From Octopus vulgaris (taxonomy: Eukaryota), in NCBI GenBank assembly GCA_951406725.2, contig OX597821.1:46128001-46192000 (forward strand): a DNA stretch of 64,000 nt, read 5' to 3'. The notes under the pieces were generated by a model that made no database searches, was not told the DNA's origin, and saw nothing but the letters and a program-made list of their open reading frames with translations. The position numbers and the translations under genes are program-made. Shown piece after piece: positions 38,930-53,547 of this stretch. The number at the start of each line of letters is the position of its first letter. The first letter of the stretch is position 1.

Positions 38930-39570
38930 CTCGTGGCTTCATGGTAAGAAGTTTGCTTCCTATCAACATGATTACGGGTTCAGTCCCACTGCGTGACACT
39001 TTGGCCAAGGGTAAGTGTTATTTTATATATATTTCTTTACTACCCACAAGGGGCTAAACTCAGAGGAGACAAACAAGGACAGACAAACGGATTACGTCGA
39101 TTACATCGACCCCAGTGCGTAACTGGTACTTAATTTATCGACCCCGGAAGGATGAAAGGCAAAGTCGACCTCGGTGGAATTTGAACTCGGAACGGAACGG
39201 CAGACGAAATACGGCAACGCATTTCGCCCGGCGTGCTAACGTTTCTGCCAGCTTGCCGCCTTCAAGTGTTATTTTATATAGGTAAGTGTTATTTTATATA
39301 GCTTCGAGCCGACCAAACGCTTAGTGGATTTGGTCGATGGAATATGAAAGAAGTCCGTCGAATGAGTGTGTGTGTGTGTGTACCACTACCACTTGACAAT
39401 ATTGATGGTATGTTTACGTCCCTATAACTAGCGGTTCAGCAAACGCGAACCGGTAGAATATGTACCCGGCTTTAAAAAAAACATTAAGAACTGGAGTCAA
39501 TTCATTTGACAAAAAGAAAAAATTGTTCAAGCCGGTGCATGGCCGCAGTCAAATGTTTGAAAAAAGTAAA
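38930..39570 (+). mobile_element. Diverged SINE family A interrupted by SINE B
   Basis: Head at 38930-39029, remainder at 39281-39570. Confidence 0.8.
39030..39262 (-). mobile_element. SINE family B nested in SINE A
   Basis: TSD AAGTGTTATTTTATATA at 39013-39029 and 39264-39280. Confidence 0.92.
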
Positions 39571-39689
39571 AGCTACATTACATTCTTTAATATATTTTAT
39601 ATTTCGTATAATAAATACGTGTTGTGTCAATCATTATATTTTATGTTATATACATATATATATATAAATTTATTATCCTCATATTTACG

Positions 39690-39731
<42 letters not shown>

Positions 39732-39818
39732 CGTAAATATGAGGATAATAAATCAAAATAATTTATTACCAGTATTTCGCATGTATAAATAAGTCATAAG
39801 ACATAACATTTTAAAAGA

Positions 39819-40018
39819 TATAAAGTGTATAAAATATTTTTATACACAGAGAGGAGACCTCTTTGACAGGACTCCTTACATGCTAGAAAAGGGCAGTTAA
39901 AACCCAAAACACGAAAACAAAGAATTCGTGGTTTGGGTTTTAACTGCCCTTTCTAGTATGTAAAGAGTCCTGTCAACGGTCTCCTCCTTGTGTATAAAAA
40001 TATTGTATACACTTTATA
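39819..40018. repeat. Inverted repeat with arms of about 90 bp
   Basis: 39819-39908 versus 39932-40018; a second palindrome centred on (TA)n lies at about 39666-39753. Confidence 0.85.
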
Positions 40019-40032
40019 CATATACATACATT

Positions 40033-40177
<145 letters not shown>

Positions 40178-40338
40178 AGGAATGTGAGGGGTTTAGTTCA
40201 ACGGTGATCTAAACGAATAGGTACGCTGAGTAAGTGCTATAATTGGTCATCCGTTAAGTTCCAAATTCACGGATGAGGCTGGAGTTAGGGATTCGTATTA
40301 GGCTTCCGAGTTAGCAGGTATCTATTATGGTAGAGGAA

Positions 40339-40855
40339 GGGCGGTGAGCTGGCAGAAACGTTAGCACGCCAGGCGAAATGCTTAGCAGTATTTCGTCTGC
40401 CGCTACGTTCTGAGTTCAAATTCTGCCGAGGTCGACTTTGCCTTTCATCCTTTCGGGGTCGATTAAATAAGTACCAGTTACGCACTGGGGCCGATATTAT
40501 CGACTTAATCCGTTTGTCTGTCCTTGTTTGTCTTCTCTGTGTTTAGCCCCTTGTGGGTAGTAAAGAAATAGGTATTTCGTCTGCCGCTACGTTCTGGGAT
40601 CGATTAAATAAGTACCAGTTACGCACTGGGGCCGATATAATCGACTTAATCCGTTTGTCTGTCCTTGTTTGTCCTCTCTGTGTTTAGCCCCTTGTGGGTA
40701 GTAAAGAAATGGTTATTTCGTCTGCCGCTACGTTCTGGGATCGATTAAATAAGTACCAGTTACGCACTGGGGCCGATATAATCGACTTAATCCGTTTGAC
40801 TGTCCTTGTTTGTCCTGTCTGTGTTTAGCCCCTTGTGGGTAGTAAAGAAATAGGT
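40339..40855 (+). mobile_element. SINE family B with three tandem 3' units
   Basis: TSD ATTAT(G/A)GTAGAGGAA; units rejoin at AAAGAAAT(A)G-G(T)TATTTCGTCTGCCG. Confidence 0.92.
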
Positions 40856-41304
40856 TTATATTATAGTAGAGGAAAAAGGACAACAAAAACTAAGGTAGGA
40901 CAGGTATGTCAAGTCATTTGGAATATTTAATTAGGATAATGTGAATTTGAAGTTTTATGCCTGTTTCTGGGATATTCCAGGTGATAGGCCAGCATGTCCG
41001 TACACTGGGTATTTTGTCATCAGAGACAAGGTGACTATTATGGAAGTTCTAGACAGGGAAATTCACAGTCTATGAGGAATAAAATAATGAATAAAATGGT
41101 AGAGAGAAGAATAAAGGGTAAAGCCGTGGACAGAAGAATAAAGACAGGAGAATAAAATTCACAGCTTATCTTCTTCCAGAGGGTGTGGAGGTCGGTCCGT
41201 ACTTTCGTGAAGGTATAGGCCCTTAGGTGTAATCCCAGGTAAATCGAGGCATCATAATAGACTGATATGGGTTGTGAGTGAACAGAAGAGAGAGGAGAAT
41301 GAGA

Positions 41305-41368
<64 letters not shown>

Positions 41369-41659
41369 AATAAATAATATATATATATATATAAACATGT
41401 TTATGATATGTTTATAATATATATACTCATACAGATTAAACATTTTATTCTTCTTCTTATTATTAGTATTATTATATATAATATATCATTCATTATTAAT
41501 TCATTAATTTTTCTTCTGTCATCAGAGTAAATACATATGAAATGTTTTACATTCTTATATTATTAATAATTGCGTCTGTTATTACAGTAATTATATTTTA
41601 AATATTGCACTTAATTACACCATTAAAATATATTTATGTATGTCACCATAACTGTATAT

Positions 41660-41876
41660 ACTCTTTACTCTCTCGTTACCCTTTTACTTGTTTCAGTCAT
41701 TTGACTGCGGCCATGCTAGAGCACCGCCTTTAGTCGAGCGAATCGACCCCAGGACTTATTCTTTGTAAGCCCAGTACTTATTCTATCGGTCTCTTTTGCC
41801 GAACCGCTAAGTGACGGGGACGTAAACACACCAGCATCGGTTGTCAAGCAATGCTAGGGGGACAAACACAGACACA

Positions 41877-41946
<70 letters not shown>

Positions 41947-42107
41947 TACGACAGGCTTCTTTCAGTTTCCATCTACCAAATCCACTCACAAGGCATTGGT
42001 CGGCCCGGGGCTATAGCAGAAGACACTTGCACAAGATGCCACGCAGTGGGACTGAACCCGGAACCATGTGGTTAATTAGCAAGCTACTTACCACACAGCC
42101 ACTCCTG
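41660..42107 (-). mobile_element. SINE family A
   Basis: Colinear with the other family A copies. Confidence 0.92.
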
Positions 42108-42144
42108 TGATTGTTGTAAAATTTTTTTATGCATTACATATTGT

Positions 42145-42322
42145 CCGGAATCATTAGCGGCATTTCGTCCGTCTTTAAGTTCTGAGTTCAAATTCTGGCG
42201 AGGTGGACTTTGCCTTTCACCATTTCGGGGTAGATCAAATAAAATCCATTTGAGTTCTAGAGTCGATGTGATCGACTTACTCCTTCCCCAAATTGCTGGA
42301 ATTGTGCCATAATTTGAAACCA
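42145..42322 (+). mobile_element. SINE family B, older subfamily
   Basis: GAGTTCAAATTC B box, GCCTTTCA core, AATTGCTGG tail. Confidence 0.75.
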
Positions 42323-42633
42323 GTCTGTATTTGTGTCCATAAAATATATGTTATATCGAATGCATTATTGCATCATTAAGTTATATATTTATGTCTATCA
42401 TTAAATTTTTGCTATGGCAACATCAGTAAAAAAAAACAAAAAAAAAACGGCGTGGCATTTAGCGATGTCCTTTAGGCTCTGAGTTCAAATTTATTCACGG
42501 TCATCTTTTCCATTCATGTTTTGGCTGTTATTAGAATAAAGCAACAGTCAAGTACTCGTGTCGATCTAAAAAGTTAAGTTCCGGCTCATTTCTGCACCTA
42601 TGTTAGAAATTATTATTATTATTGCTGTTATTA

Positions 42634-42749
<116 letters not shown>

Positions 42750-42825
42750 GTTGTTGTTGTTGTTGTTGTTGTTGTTATTATTATTATCATTATCATTACC
42801 ATTATTATTATTATTATTATTACTA

Positions 42826-42980
42826 TTTCCGCCGAGGTCGACTTTGCCTTTCATCCTTTCGGGGGTCGATAAAATAAGTACCAGTTACGCACTGGGGTCG
42901 ATGTAATCGACTTAATCCCTTTGTCTGTCTGTCCTTGTTTGTTCACTCTGTGTTTAGCCCCTTGTGGGTAGTAAAGAAAT
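42826..42980 (+). mobile_element. 5'-truncated SINE family B inside a (TTA)n tract (42608-43043)
   Basis: Core and tail only. Confidence 0.88.
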
Positions 42981-42981
42981 A

Positions 42982-43042
<61 letters not shown>

Positions 43043-43522
43043 GATTTTGTCGTTAATATTAATATTGATGTTGTCAGAAATACTACAGAGATTCTACAGA
43101 GCATCGGAAGAAATATCTTAACATTATTTAGTTTCATCCTTTTAAACACTAATTTTCAATTCCAGAGACAATAAATATGGTTCTATCATATCGGGGAGTC
43201 TGCCGTTTCAGTCAGCTGGTTTACGGCCTCACAATGTAACAAAGTAGACGTTTAATATATAACTTATTTTTCATTATATGAAACTAATTATTATGGTCAG
43301 AATCAACCATGAATATTATCATTATAGATTACTTTACAGCGTCGCACAAAATTTCTAAGATTACTCAGGTTCACTGTTCAATGTCGTTCGCTTTTCTAGT
43401 AACAATAAAATAAAAATTTCATTCATGTACTAAGGTCGATGATAGACTAGTCCTTCACCCAAAGTGTGTTTGATATTGTGCCTATGTTAGAAATCATAAT
43501 TATATGATTCCAATAAGGATTA

Positions 43523-43592
<70 letters not shown>

Positions 43593-43692
43593 ATTCACCT
43601 AACATAATATATATATCATATTATACAAATATTTCTACATGCACAACCCCAACAAATATGTTTATATACGTATATATGCATATCTATATCTA

Positions 43693-43781
<89 letters not shown>

Positions 43782-43926
43782 ATATATGTATTTACTCTTA
43801 TATATTAATACATATATTAATAAATACACTCACACACGCACACACACATATACACACACTCATACACGCCCCCCCCCCATATATATATGCATATATATAC
43901 ATATACATAAATATACATATATATAC

Positions 43927-43961
<35 letters not shown>

Positions 43962-44022
43962 CATATATACATATACATACATACATACATACACACACAC
44001 ATATATATATATATATACATAC

Positions 44023-44087
<65 letters not shown>

Positions 44088-44089
<2 letters not shown>

Positions 44090-45170
44090 CCGGGTATCGC
44101 GAAACTAAGGCAGCCTAAGTTTCGGGTTTTAATAACTATCAAAACTATCAATAATTGTGGTAAGATATGAAAATTATACATGATTATAAAAAGTTAGTGT
44201 GCCTTCTTTTTGTTTCAGACTAAATAAATTGAGATTTATGAATTAGATAATGGCTATAGACCGAAATACAAGCATAGCCTTCCACAAAGGAGGAGAAAAG
44301 AATACATGGCTGATCAACCTGGAGGTGGCCGAAAAAGAAGGGTGCGGATCCCTCAGCTTATCAGAATTACTAGAGAAAAGTTACGGTGAAATACTCGTCG
44401 TTCCGTCAGAAAACTGGCTGCAACAGCAAAAATAAGCCGAACATCGATGTATCGAGTGCTGAAGGGGGATCTCAGGACCTACCCTCACAAGATGATCTGC
44501 CCTCGTATTTCTGAAGGCACACTGCCCAATCTGGTGTTCACTGATGAAAAAGAAATTTAGCATAGACAGTAAACCACCAGAATAACCGACTTCGGGGTGT
44601 ATGTGGATCCGTCGAGGGTAGACTCGTAAATTGACAACAAAATCCACAGACAGGTGCAGTTTGGGTGCTTGTGACAGCCACTGGAAGGTCTTCACTCTTT
44701 TGTGTGCCTTCGGGTATTAAAATTAATACTCAGTGATACATTAGCAATATTCTTGAAGCTGAACTGCTTCCATGGGCGCATGAACACTTTCAAGGCGACC
44801 TTCGAGCCTCCAACAGGATTCGGTACCATCCAAAAGCACCAGGCAGACACAGCACTGGACCCAGGAAAACATTCCATCGTTCATAGACAACGCAGTATGA
44901 CCCTCAAGAAGCCCTGATCTCAACCCGTTGGATTTTTCTGTTTGGTCCATTTTAAAGACGAATGTCTCGAGCGTTCCTCATGCTTCACTCGACGCCTTGA
45001 AGGCAAAACTGCGCCAGGAATGGGCTTCGATTCTGCAAGAACAGTGTGAAGCATTCGCACCTAGACTTAACGCATTTGATTCGAAAGAGAGGTGGTCATA
45101 TACAACATGTCACAATTGTGTTTTCTTTACTAGTGCATTGCAATGCTCGGACCCAAAGTATAATATTTTA
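44088..45170 (+). pseudogene. Degenerate Tc1/mariner-superfamily (maT/DD37D-like) transposase
   Basis: LVFTDEKKF and PDLNPLDFSVWSILK...SLDALKAKLRQEW...GGHI motifs with frameshifts. Confidence 0.8.
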
Positions 45171-45980
45171 CTTTGACAGAACTGAAAGAAGTTGGTTACT
45201 GTTATGTGGACGGAGAACACCCCTATTGGTTGGCTCTTAATGGACTGTGCCACAATATAAATGGACATACGCAGAGAACCTTGAGCAGAGTAAAGCCGAG
45301 ACTTGCGTATTGTCGAGGGTTATTACCAGTATCAGGATTAGAACGATTTGCGAGGACGTGATTATTATCCTGTTATGTCGTACGTCGAACGTGCGATACA
45401 ACAGTTACTTTAATTTGGATACCCGCTATGCATCCATTTCCAAGTAAGTTTATCTTAACTTTTTTGACGCGACACTACTCTATACTGTTTTCTCCCCATC
45501 CTTCTCTAATTCCCTTTTATTCCCCTTCACCGTTTTCTCTCATTGATCACACGTGACCATCGTCCATCTTTCTTTTCCTCGCGTGACCCTCTTTCTTTTC
45601 CTTCAGGTCGTCCTAAGGAGTGATCGTCTTCTATCTTTTCTCTTCAAAAGAAAATATTTCTCCAGCGTTCGCTATTTTACACTCGTTCTGGTCTAACAAC
45701 CCTCCGTGTTTGTTTTCGTTCGGCTTCCTTGTCTTTGTTCCCAGCTTTGATCCTCCATAAATCCAAAATTATATTTTGGTATTTATGAGAGCAACTGTCT
45801 TCGAAGACTCATATTGTCGTTCAATGTTCGAAATGAAGAGTAGATGGACAGCCAACAAATGATGAAGGGTCGTTCTTTGTGTTACTTGTCCTGTTTTCCA
45901 TTTGCTTCTCCCCTTGTTCGCGTATTTAACTCATTTGTTTTCGTATTGAATGCTGTTTGCTGTTGGTAACGTCCTGTACC

Positions 45981-46016
<36 letters not shown>

Positions 46017-46555
46017 AGTGTGTGAGTGTGTGTGTGTGTTTGTGTGTGTTCATGTATGTATGTATGTATGTATGTATGTATACACGCATGCATGCATGTA
46101 TGTATGTATGTATGTATGTATGTATATATGCATATAAAATACTTACGATTGGCTTCTTTCAGTTTCCGTCTACCAAATACACTCAAAAGGCTTTGGTCCT
46201 CTCGAAGCTATATTTGAAGATACTTGGCTAAGGTGACACGCAAGGGTAATAATCCTGCAACTAAGTGGCTAGGAAGCAAGTTTCTTGCCACACAGACACA
46301 GCATATATATATATTACGGAGATGTACGTGCATAGCAAGTGACCTGATCTGAGATAGTGTGCTGAAACAAAAGCAATTGATGCGTGGAAGGTGATTACAA
46401 GCCATTTAAAACACGCAAAAACCGTTAGATTCACTTCAACATTTAAATTTAATTTGTCAAAATATTTTCATCGCTTTGAAACCGTGACCTGTTCATTGAC
46501 AAAATATATTTGTGCACACAGATGTGTTTAAACGTAGGTTTACAAAACACACGCT

Positions 46556-46616
<61 letters not shown>

Positions 46617-46621
<5 letters not shown>

Positions 46622-47482
46622 GCGGTGAATAAACTGTTGTCTAAATTACGCAAAAATGAAAATAATGTTAACATCTCATTTTAACAGAATTTAATGGATT
46701 ACATAAAAATATCTTGAAATGCTAAAGAGTAAATTTATTCAACAAAATCGTCATTGGCTCCAATCACGGCCTCCAGAAGACTTCGGAATCTCCTGCAACG
46801 CTTCTGGACGGTCTTCTTGTTTAAGTTGGTGAATGCTGCCATAATTTTTGCCTTCAGTCCATCTTTGGTGTTTTTCTTTTTGGTCTCTCGCTCAACTGTG
46901 CCCTACACATTATAATCAAGGGGATTGCAGTCTGGGGAGTTAGGTGGCCAGATGTTAGAGGTGATGTGGTCGCAGAAATTGTCTGACAGCCATGAGAGGG
47001 TTCTCCTGATTGTGTGGCATGTTGCCAGACTTAGCATCTTCCAGCAGCCACCCTCTTGACCCAGGGTAGCACTATCTCCTCCTTCAAGCATTTGATGCAG
47101 ACCTCCGTGTTGAGTCTAAGGCCGCGAGGGAAGATGAATGGAGGTATAAAGTCGTCATCACTATTAATCACTCCAAACACTATGATGTTGACTGGATGTT
47201 TGATTTTTATCACTCTCGGTACATGATCTCAGATTGCACTGTCTTCAGATTGACAACCCAAACACTTTGAAATGTTCGTATTGGAGCTTCCGGCACAAAT
47301 AATAAGTACAGCATGTCGTTTCCAAATTTCTAGCAGAGTGAATTGCATTATATTGCTGTTTTTCTTACAGGCGGTGCCCAATTGACCCTACCATACTGTG
47401 TAGTCGATTAAATAAAAAAAAAAACAATGCGCATGCACGTAATGAAAAGTATAAAATGGCAACAATTTACCCATCGCACCCT
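46617..47482 (-). mobile_element. Internally deleted Tc1/mariner-superfamily (maT-like) transposon
   Basis: KHPVNIIVFGVI.SD..FIPPFIF and WPPNSPDCNPLDY; TIRs AGAGTGCGGTGAATAAACTGTT / AGGGTGCGATGGGTAAATTGTT. Confidence 0.85.
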
Positions 47483-47563
47483 ATGTGTGAATGTGGGTGT
47501 GTGAGTGGATGGGTGTAGGTGGGCGTGGGTGTAGGTGTGTGGGTGAATGTGTGTGTATGTGTA

Positions 47564-47893
47564 CAAAATTTACGGAATAGAGTCGGTAATATCCAGGCTA
47601 CATATGTTTCATAGCGGGCGGACCCTTAGAAGTGGTAAAAATCCAAGCGAGGTGTATACCGTCGGCCACTCCTCGGGTCGAGGATACCTTAATTAAATTA
47701 AAGGTTACATTGAATCTTCCACGTGTCAACATGTACATCCTTGCGACGGTGTAACCTTTAACTTAATCAAGATATCCTTGGCCTGGAAAGCAGCCGGCAG
47801 TACACCTCGCTTGGATTTTTACCACTCCTGAGGTTCCGCCCGCTATGAAACATGTATAGCCCAGATCTTACCTAATCCATTCCGTAAGTTTTG
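47564..47893. repeat. Long imperfect inverted repeat (arms about 145 bp, 40-bp spacer), MITE/foldback-like
   Basis: 47564-47709 versus 47750-47893, e.g. GTGGTAAAAATCCAAGCGAGGTGTA / TACACCTCGCTTGGATTTTTACCAC. Confidence 0.85.
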
Positions 47894-48078
47894 CATTCTT
47901 ATTCGAACACCCGGCAACCTTGGTCGCCTACCGTGGAATATAAAAAGAACTTTTTTTCAGTTTATCGTTCTTCGATGCGAAAAAAACCCCCACAACCTTC
48001 CGTCTCAATAAACCACTATTGTCCCTGAAAGTTGTTTTTAAGATTTACTTTTTTCATACACATCGTCGATCCTCGAAT

Positions 48079-48119
<41 letters not shown>

Positions 48120-48182
48120 CGGCGGCGGTGCATCAGCATGGCGGCAGCTCTGAGCTGAAACTTAAAGAAAAATTTAAAAAAA

Positions 48183-48251
<69 letters not shown>

Positions 48252-48268
48252 CATATATATATATATAC

Positions 48269-48322
<54 letters not shown>

Positions 48323-48534
48323 CTGTTTGATGTTGACCGGAAAAGGGGTACTCGTTATCATAGTAAAGACTATTGTTATATTCTATTTTTTGTAGAGTTA
48401 GTTTCTGGCTTTTTCTGAGTACCACCGATATATGCACATGCATCGACATGTATGTCAGTTGAAACTCAAGATAGTACAGACTCACTCGATCAAAATAAAA
48501 TATATCATAAAGATATGTATGCATGTATACATAC

Positions 48535-48602
<68 letters not shown>

Positions 48603-48728
48603 CAATACGTTTTTCTTGATTATATATTTAATAACTTTTATATTTAAATGGGCTGATATTAAAGGCGAACAAGCTGAAAATTCCAACTCACTGTCAGACT
48701 TTTCCGTGTAAAAATTATACATTTATAC

Positions 48729-48759
<31 letters not shown>

Positions 48760-48835
48760 TGTATGTATGTATGTATGTATCTCTTTATATATGTATGTAT
48801 ACATTTGTACGAACATACACATATTTATATGCATC

Positions 48836-49122
<287 letters not shown>

Positions 49123-49414
49123 ACGTGTGTATAAATATGTAATGATCAATATATTTCGTCTAGGCATTACAAGACTAATAACCTGGTGTAGCAGTCAGTA
49201 GATGTATATTTCAGGACAAAATATTACCCAAGTACAGAGCTGTATATACGGGAAAATGTATTTCGTTTTACCCAAATAACCTGCAATTCATATTTCAGGT
49301 CCCGACGGAGCTATAGGATGCTATTTATGCATTCAACGGTGAGTACACTGCATTTTATTTCGGAATCAGCTGTAAGCTAATGAAGCTTATAACATACATA
49401 CTGCTTTTTCTAAC

Positions 49415-49571
49415 ACACACACACACACACAAATATATACGATGGGCTTCTTTCAGCTTCCGCCTATCAAATCCACTCACAAGGTCTGGTAGGCCCGACC
49501 CGAGGGTGTCGCGCAGTGGGACTGAATCCAGATGCATGTGGTTGGGAAGCAAGCTCCTTACCACGCCTGTG

Positions 49572-49573
<2 letters not shown>
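49415..49573 (-). mobile_element. SINE family A, 5' half
   Basis: Head region through GAAAGAAGCCCATCG. Confidence 0.8.
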
Positions 49574-49630
<57 letters not shown>

Positions 49631-49730
49631 TGTTGTGTCTGGGGAGAGTCATTTTCTTTTTGTGCCTTATAACAGAAAATGCTTCAACACACGAACTCAC
49701 ATAAAGAATCTTGCAAAACAAAACCCAAAA

Positions 49731-49789
<59 letters not shown>

Positions 49790-50070
49790 TGTGTCTGTAT
49801 TTGTACGTGTGCGTGTGTTTGTGTGTAGGTGTATATATACATACATAATTCACATATATATACATATATATATATACATATATATATACATATATATATA
49901 TACATATATACATACATACATACATACATACATACATACATACATACATACATACACATATACATACATACATGTATATATATATATATGCATATATTCC
50001 TTTATGTAAATAGTAATTATGTATAAGCTGGAGATAAGCTGTCAAATGACTTACAATAATGGAAACATAC

Positions 50071-50164
50071 TATGAGTAGAGGTCGAATTTGCGCCCAAAC
50101 TCCTGCGTTAAACGCAGGGATGTGGGATGTTCCTGAATGATGATTAGACAATGAACTGGTCGAG
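50071..50164 (-). CDS. Candidate internal coding exon, product unknown
   Basis: Acceptor tgttcatcag; donor gtatgt (alternative gtaagt 16 nt further); open frame [30 protein letters not shown] in a unique island between microsatellites. Confidence 0.3.
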
Positions 50165-50387
50165 CTGATGAACATATAATAGATATAATAGAACATAAGT
50201 GCATAAACTGTCAACCACCAGGTATCAAAGCAATTTGTAACATATTCATACGTAACATTCAAAGAAATACGAGTACAAACACACACCCACACACCCACAC
50301 ACGCACACACACACACACATATAATCTATATATGTATGTATGTGTATGTAGATATATATGCATATATATATATATGTATATATATAT

Positions 50388-50584
<197 letters not shown>

Positions 50585-50608
50585 AATATATACATACATA
50601 CATACATA

Positions 50609-50773
50609 CTCTTTTACTCTTTTACTTGTTTCAGTCATTTGACTGCGGCCATGCTGGAGCACTGCCTTTGATCGAGCAACTCGACCCCGGGACTTATTCT
50701 GTTTTTTTTGTAAGCCCAGTACTTATTCTATCGGTTTCTTTTGCCGAACCGCTAAGTAACGGGGACATAAACA
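50609..50773 (-). mobile_element. SINE family A, 3' half
   Basis: Tail through GGGGACATAAACA. Confidence 0.85.
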
Positions 50774-50816
<43 letters not shown>

Positions 50817-51007
50817 GCTCACTCACACAAATGAGTGAGTGGACAAACGAAATAAAAAGTCCCTCCACAGATTTAGTTGGAGGTCCATATGCAGTTTGAT
50901 TCAGCTCCATTCGACGTGAAATACCGAATCCTGTAATCTGAGCCTGAGTGAACCAGCCTTCGTTTAGTATCCTGTAAAAATTTAAGTCGCTTGGAATCGA
51001 GTCTGCC

Positions 51008-51371
<364 letters not shown>

Positions 51372-51454
51372 ATAAAAATAATAATAATGTTCCTTTTTTT
51401 AACTCGATGTAAGAAATTTTTTCCGGCTGTTTAATTTGTTGCACGCATATGAAA

Positions 51455-51512
<58 letters not shown>

Positions 51513-51525
51513 GCTACTACTACTA

Positions 51526-52027
51526 GGACTTGACAGAGCAAAAAAAGTGGTACGAACATAAACCCGAAGGCATCATCGAAAATGATAATGCAAAGATCCC
51601 ATGGGATTTTATGATTCAGTGCGACCATGAGATAGAGAATAGGAAGCCAGACATAGTATTAATTGAGAAAGAAAGCAAACGATGCTGGATCATAGATATA
51701 GCATGCCCAGCTGACAACAAGGTATGCGACAAGGAAGAAAGAAAAGTCGATAGATATAACAGGTTAGCTTGGGAGGTTATGCAGTCGTGGTCGCTGAAAA
51801 AAGTAGTAGTAGTACAAATAATTGTCGGAGCCCTGGAAACAGTGTGTAAAAATCTTGAGAAGTACATGCGACAAATAGGGGCTGCAATAAGGGTGGAGAA
51901 CTTGCAGAAAACAGCACTGCTTGGAACTGCTCGAATAGTCCGGATGGACTTAGTTTACTGGTAGTGAACAACTTCTCCCCGTAGTACTTCTCTAGCATCA
52001 GAAGCTGTACAAAGGCAATAAAGTAAC
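51526..52027 (+). mobile_element. 5'-truncated R4/Dong-clade non-LTR retrotransposon: restriction-like endonuclease domain + short 3'UTR
   Basis: ORF 51530-51964 WYEHKPE..IEN..AKI.WDF.IQCD..I..RKPDIVLI.K....C.IIDIACP.D.....KE..K...Y..L...IIVGAL (PD-D/ExK type), followed by (AAT)n. Confidence 0.88.
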
Positions 52028-52107
<80 letters not shown>

Positions 52108-52171
52108 TAATAATGATAATAAAAATAATAATAATAATAATAATGATAATAAAAATAATAATGATAATAAA

Positions 52172-52253
<82 letters not shown>

Positions 52254-52262
52254 GTGATGATA

Positions 52263-52294
<32 letters not shown>

Positions 52295-52301
52295 AATGAT
52301 G

Positions 52302-52367
<66 letters not shown>

Positions 52368-52370
<3 letters not shown>

Positions 52371-52913
52371 CCCTGATGCAGTGGCTCTCATGGTTTCTGA
52401 TCTTAACTGATTGGAAGTGTTATCATGTACATTGTTTTGTCTTGGTATAAAAGATGGGCTACAGCAAATATTCTGCTCAATACCACAGATTTGCTAGTCA
52501 GTTGCTTGACCATAACCAGTTGAGCATGTCCCTTAGTGGCTGACGAAATGTGCATCTCTGATCCCGAGCAGAAGTAGTGGAGGAACATCATAGCCATGTG
52601 TTGAGAGGGACTCTTTGGAGTTTGAATAATTCACCTCTGAAAACATGGGTGTCTCGTTCAACATCCTTAAACAATCTTTGTTCAGGGACCTTTTGAGCGG
52701 AATGTGTTACTCGACCAGAAAAAAATTCTAATTGGGCCCCACCTGCAAGGTCACGAGCTGGTTATCTTGATATGAGATCACCATGTCGCGCACATATGGT
52801 TGTGATGCATGTGCCTGGTGTACCCTTAGCAGACGAGTAGTCATGATTGGTATACTGGGCTTTGTATATTCTATCCCAGTGTCACTTTGATGGCACGCAC
52901 TGTTCACTCACTC
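52368..52913 (+). mobile_element. (TAA)n-targeting element, family E
   Basis: Same 5' start (ATGCCCTGATGCAGT) and 3' end as 22978-23533. Confidence 0.85.
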
Positions 52914-52920
52914 AATAATA

Positions 52921-52995
<75 letters not shown>

Positions 52996-53055
52996 TTAAT
53001 AATAATAATAATATTAATAATAATAATAATAATGATGATAATAATAATAATAATA

Positions 53056-53547
53056 ATCATGTACATTGTTTTGTCTTGGTATAAAAGATGGGCTACAGCA
53101 AATATTCTGCTCAATACCACAGATTTGCTTGTCAGTTGTTTGACCTTAACCAGTTGAGCATGTCCCTTAGTGGCTGACGATATGTGCATCTCTGATCACG
53201 AGCAGAAGTAGTGGGGGAGCATCATAGCCATGTGTTGAGAGGAATTCTTTGGGGTTTGAATAATTCACCTCTGGAAACATGGGTGGTTCTTTCAACATCC
53301 TTAAACAACCCTTATTCAGGGACCTTTTGAGCGGGATGGGCTACTCAACCTGAAGAAAATTCAAACTGGGCCCCACCTGCAAGGTCATGTGCTGCTTATC
53401 TTGATATGAGATCACCATGTCGCGCACATATGGTTGTGATGCATGTGCCTGGTGTACCTTTATCAGACGGGTAGTCATGATGGGTATATTGGGCTTCGTA
53501 TATTTTACCCCAGTGTCACTTTGATGGCATGCACTGCTCTCTCACTC
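53056..53547 (+). mobile_element. (TAA)n-targeting element, family E, 5'-truncated
   Basis: Begins at ATCATGTACATTG; (AAT)n on both sides. Confidence 0.85.

Noticed and set aside
40571-40855. CRISPR-like repeat array
   Set aside because: Tandem SINE 3' units without unique spacers, in a eukaryotic context with no cas genes.
40940-41035. Minus-strand CTGATGA...GAAAC as a hammerhead
   Set aside because: Stem I and stem III pairing is not convincing.
43165-43240. Plus-strand exon candidate after ttttcaattccag
   Set aside because: Weak donor and no recognisable peptide.
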